From Chrysomallon squamiferum (Eukaryota > Animalia > Mollusca): DNA of 64,000 bases. The stretch lies in the NCBI GenBank assembly GCA_012295275.1, contig CM022675.1, positions 10,354,001 through 10,418,000 of the forward strand, given 5' to 3'. Shown here in pieces: positions 59,150-64,000 of this stretch. The number at the start of each line of letters is the position of its first letter. The first letter of the stretch is position 1. A model generated the notes under the pieces. That model was not told the DNA's origin. It did no database searches and worked only from the letters and a program-made list of their open reading frames with translations. Position numbers and translations under genes: made by a program.

Positions 59150-60140
59150 CTGTTTGATACATCTTTATCTCAGACATCTAGACAAGACTTGGACAACTTT
59201 CTGCCACGCTGCAACAGGAAATTCACTCAGATCTTGCAGGATGGCAAACTCACCTGCCCAGCTCATTTCAGGCATGCTTTACTGGAAACAAGTTAGAGAA
59301 CTGTGCTGGCCAATCCATCCTGGTGATACCTTGTTGTTCAAGAATTTCTGTCATGACCCTGGCATGATTGGGGTCTGGCATTTTGAAGTGACTAACTTTT
59401 CTGCTCCAAATCTGCTGCAGGACAGAGAACCAATGGCCATGTAATCTTGTTCACACAGCAGACTGCCATTCATCATACTGAATGGGGTATATGTTGGCTA
59501 CAGATGCCACCCCATGATGCTGCCTCTATTGAACCAGTGACATTGTCTAACACCGGAATCAGTGAAGCTCCTCCTTAATGTCAGTAGATTAAAATTGAGT
59601 TCATGTATGAACAGTACTCAACTCAAATGAACATACTGCCATCACGTATGATAAGTGCACCAATAAAATGGGCACTTCTGTGACACTGCAGTAGTGATGG
59701 TCGAACAACCTGACAGTGGCAGCACAATTTACTGGATCTCAGTCAGTTGCATGTATTTGTATCAGATACTAGAGTCCAAGCTGCAATCTGCCACATGATG
59801 TGATAGTGTACTAGTCCTTTCTTTTTGCATTGGTTTGGGGTCTCTGACCAAATTTTGAACAGAATGTATTGCTTGGTACCATAGCCAAAGTCAATCAACT
59901 GACACCAAATCTCATTATACATTGCCATCTTGAAGTCAGTCTAGAGCTGTTTCTCATTTTCAGTAATCAACAGATGTTGCACCAACACTGAATTTGGAAT
60001 GTTTGTTGTAGATTCATGCTAATTCGATTGAAAGGAAATTATGTATGGTGAATATGAAAGGCATGTGCAAAGCACACAGATGAAGCCATCTGTGAAAAAG
60101 CAAGTAATGCACATTCGTCAGACCTTTTGGGTTGGTGTTA
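59150..60140 (-). mobile_element. Decayed Tc1-family transposon (transposase pseudogene) in the long 5'UTR intron of the R3H gene
   Basis: Minus-strand fragments in correct order: VSDTNTCN*LRSSKLCCHCQVVRPSLLQCHRSA (HTH_Tnp_Tc3_2-like), VLFIHELNFNL (cf. VLFSDESRFNL, 59617-59585), GSIM/WGGIC (cf. GGSVMVWGGI), NARP/HARVMTEILEQQGITRMDWPAQFSNLFPVKHA*NELGR*V (cf. DNARPH...WPAxSPDLNPIEHxWDELGRRV). A possible TIR remnant lies near 60118-60140. Confidence 0.85.
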
Positions 60141-61157
60141 GTTTGCATTTAAATGGCAAATCTATTCTGGCAATTAAAACTAAAGTTGACAATTTCACTG
60201 AGAATGGACATGAAAATTTATGGGTTGCTTAATCCAGTTTTGTTTAAATGGAATAACATTAAGTGTGATACAGAGTTCTAGCTAGCATAATGGGCATTCA
60301 GAAAATAATGATGAAAATATTGTTCGAATGTTAAATTGTTTTGATTAGAATATAATTCTACTAACATGATTTATACACCAGGAGTTTATCAACATTTTAG
60401 GTTTATGCGGACTGAGGATTTGTAGTACAAATCAGTAGAACAGCAGGTATTGTCAAAATGCACCAGTAGTTTATTTTTCACAAGGGATTAATTTGATTTT
60501 TACATGTATGAAAGAAATTGAAAATACTTGTTAGGTCATTAATAAAAAATAACATCAATACAAACAACACTCTCTATTCAGTTCATTCAAATAAAATGAC
60601 AATTATTTCATAACTTGTTTTCAAATCCAGTTAAACTGTTTCTTAAAAATTATCATTTAAACAAGATATCCCAGAATGGATTTTAAAATTTTAATTTTAT
60701 AAAAATGAATACAGAAGAAGGTTAACCAGTCACTTTCATTTCAGTGAAATAATTAACAATTAATAAATTTTAATAGTAATTAGTTACCTTCAGAAGTTAA
60801 TAGCTGTCCCATAATATTTGTATTATGGCTATGTTATACATTTATAATTTGTGCAGATTGGATATTTCGGTAGGTAACCTGTATTGAATATTAACATCAA
60901 TAAATACATTTTTAAAATAAACATAATTTAGATCAACATTATGTCAAATATTTGAAACAGGGCAATATAAAAATTTGTGATTTGTACGTGTTTATCAACC
61001 AATTTTTTCGCTTTTACGAATAGCGGCATACTAGTTTATTACTTTTGTTAAACTTGAAATTGCTCTAACACTGATAGTTACAAAGACTGATTTTAATCTA
61101 AGATCAAAGTCAATCGGACAACCCTGCCTTAAAAAAGTTATCTCAATCTAAATTTAC

Positions 61158-61410
61158 CTGTCGTTGTAGTCCCACGATGTACGAAAGATCAAGAACTTCA
61201 AGAAGAAACTGGCGATATTACAAAAGGCATGCGACTTTTGCGTCAACGATTAGCTGTGTTGGATTGAAATGTTGTCCTCCCACACGAGAAACACAAGTAT
61301 TTATCTACATTGTCACAACAATACATAACACAGAGGACCCAGAATTCCTGTCAGACAACAGAATACCTGGGTATAACTATTACGATTAGTGGTTCTTGCT
61401 CTGAAAATGG
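61158..61410 (-). other. Probable first (non-coding) exon of the R3H gene
   Basis: Strong donor CAG|GTAAAT at 61157 on minus; CpG-rich; adjacent to promoter motifs. It would splice to the acceptor at 51768, 15 nt before the ATG. Confidence 0.55.
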
Positions 61411-61445
61411 CAGTCTGAAGTGCTGTGACGTCACAGGAAGTAACA
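61404..61445. promoter_or_regulatory. Core promoter cluster: YY1-like site, palindromic CRE, ETS site
   Basis: AAAATGGC (61404-61411); perfect 14-bp palindrome CTGTGACGTCACAG (61423-61436) containing TGACGTCA; abutting CAGGAAGT (61434-61441). Confidence 0.6.
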
Positions 61446-62337
61446 TTCACTCCCGTGACATCATTGGACGCTTCATTTAACCTACCGTGAACATAAACAA
61501 GCCATTAAAAGAACTTCAGTGTTTAGTGTGTTTACATTGCATTAGGAATAATATTTTTCAATGATTATTTGAATTGTTGATAATGAGATGATTATAAATT
61601 TTAATGCGTGGGATGCTCGTTTTCCAGTGTCCTCATTTTGTTGTAATTTCCACCTTTAAACTCGACGCTTCGTTTTTGTACCAGTTCACATTATGTTTTA
61701 GTTTACAGATTGTTCAGAACTGATAAATCTCTATATAGAGATTATTATTATCACAGCTTCTGGAACCATTAATAGTTCATTTACGATTTCATACAAACAC
61801 TTTATTAATTTTAAAACATTGTAGATTTATAATTTAAGTATAGGCCGGCGTATAGCATTGATTTCACATATCGCCTATAGGCTTTAAAGCTGACGCAAGA
61901 AACAGCTATGAAATTTCACATTAATGTAACGGGCATACATATACTGAGCAATACGTAGAAAACAGAATCTGTATTAAGCGCAAGAATGAAAATATTGGAT
62001 TAATGTAACAATGTGGTATAAATAAAGAGACATGTCGCGGATTTGGCACCAGATATATTTATTCCGCGCCAATAACATACTTAAAAATGTTGAACTACAG
62101 ACAAATTATATATTACATTTATATCAGTACAATATATTCTGAGCGATGGGGTGAATTTACAATAGGGTGGTAATTTTTCCAATGGATATTGCCGGCGCGG
62201 TCATAGGTTATTAAAATTCGCAAAACATTATACTCGCTTTTGAGTTGCTTTCTTTTTTGTTTTTGTTGTGGTTATTATTTACAATGTTTCCCAGTACCTT
62301 TGCATTTATTTAAAGCTTTGTAATAATTTAAATTTTT

Positions 62338-62376
<39 letters not shown>

Positions 62377-62929
62377 ATGGCCGTAAATTCATTGAGGCAA
62401 ATGCCTCATATCGAAAACGACGATTTAAAAAAAAAAATTAATACAAAGATTTTATTTAATTTAATATAAAATATAAAACTATTCCGATAGAAACGTTACC
62501 CACTGAATGAATTCGTTTATGTGTAGGGTTACCGTTTGAAGTCTACCGACATCGCTGCAATGAACGCCATAACTGACTTCAAAGACATCAGTTGTTGTCT
62601 CATTTCAAAAATAATATAGTTTCAGCCATATATATATATAGTTTAAAAAATATTTATATGGTATTACACAATAATGTTCTTTCTATTCCGGTCTCGCATT
62701 TACAACTCTGCATTGGTGCGCTAATATTCTGCTCGCATATTAGTGACAAACGATAAAAAGTCGGCATTTGTTGTGGTTTTTTTGTTCTGTTTTCTCTTTC
62801 TTTCAGAGATCACCTAAAAATTAAAATATATCGCTTTTCCATGTTTTTAAACAGTCCATGAATTAGTTTTTCATTAACTGTCAGTATCACAAATACTATT
62901 TTTTTTTTTTGGTTAATTCATGAAATCGT

Positions 62930-64000
62930 AGATCCCGCAAACTCTCATTTCCGGTTCTGATCTATATGGCGGTCCTTGTTCAAAGTTTGATATTTTGTTT
63001 AGACAGTTGATCTTTGTTTTTTCTTTGACAGTTTTTAATTCTCAACAACCATTATTATTTTTTATTGTTAGTGTCCTTTAAATCAAGATAGAATCATTTC
63101 TTTTGTTGATCGTTGTAATGGCCATAACATTGGCGATTCAAAGTAACTAACTAGTATTATTAGTAAGGGTAGTTTGTGAGACTCGACTCGATAGGAACGT
63201 TTTCATTTATTTATTATTATTTTTTATTATTTAAAATTCTAAAAGTTTTGAGAGAATGTTCATTAAATAACCGAATCATACCAACCGATTTTAGAAAATT
63301 GTGGAAGGTGTAGTATTAAATATAAAAATGTAAGAATAAAGACACCTGATCAGTTATCGGACCTTTACTGAAATTACTCATCACAGTTACTTTCTGTTTA
63401 TGGGAAAGTACATTTATATATTTTCCATAATCAGTATTTGTAGCCAATAATTGGTAAAAGACTGCTTCCTGTTTTATAAATATTTAAAAAGCTATTTTAG
63501 CTGAAGAATATCAAAATATAATAAAAGAAACCAAAGATAATAAGTTATTTGTTTATTTATTTATTTTAAAATGGATCAGTTGTAATTATGTAGGAGAATT
63601 ACTTCTTTTATTACTATTTTGATAACTTTCAAATAGTTTTTTTTTTTTTTTATTTTTTATTATTTTTTTTCAGGGTTTGATAATTTGGATTTTCTTCTGA
63701 AATGTTTAGAAAACAAACAATTTTGAATCATTTTTACTTTCCATAAAAAGTTTTCTTCAGTTTTAAGTAATTTTTAAATGTAATGTAACCAAAAAATTGG
63801 TGCACAGCTATCATGTATGTAGCTCAAAATTTGTTTTTGCAGAAGTAGTTTATTTTCTTTTATTTTAATTAAATATTATGTTTTCTTATATTTCAGGTAT
63901 CTGATTACATTATCTGTGGAAGACTGGTTATGGTGTTGAAGTAATTTTGTTGATATGAGTGAGATTAGTTTCAGAGTAAAATGCGTTAAACCAGAAGACA
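62930..64000 (+). other. Possible 5' end (promoter and UTR exons) of a divergent gene continuing beyond the window
   Basis: TTCCGG (ETS-like) and ATGGCGG (YY1-like) at 62949-62972 in a CpG-rich zone; acceptor-like polypyrimidine+CAG sites at 63672 and 63896. No coding sequence seen. Confidence 0.25.

Overview
AT-rich, intron-rich animal genomic DNA with many microsatellites. It is not prokaryotic, and most short ORFs in the track are microsatellite noise. A mollusc, possibly a gastropod, is inferred from faint MetaSINE/MESC-like relics and overall style, but this is unproven. Three spliced protein-coding genes were reconstructed by hand from GT-AG boundaries and phase. (1) A 12-finger C2H2 zinc-finger gene on + (6570-12209) with an unexplained single-base frame break in its first visible coding exon. 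(2) An intact 13-coding-exon methionine synthase reductase (MTRR) on + (21990-29610, ~744 aa). (3) A 17-coding-exon R3H/SUZ RNA-binding protein gene of the ARPP21/R3HDM/encore family on - (51753-35751, ~892 aa; probable first non-coding exon near 61.2-61.4 kb), convergent with MTRR. Introns carry a hAT transposase relic, a decayed Tc1 transposase and TA-flanked MITEs. The most unusual structure is a 13-unit 67/71-bp minisatellite in the R3H gene built from the exon's own 5' splice junction. It places 12 extra palindromic donor sites behind an in-frame stop and sits next to a (TTAGG)n tract. The same gene also has a duplicated 3' splice junction and a dual-frame terminal exon. No CRISPR array, rRNA or tRNA was recognised.
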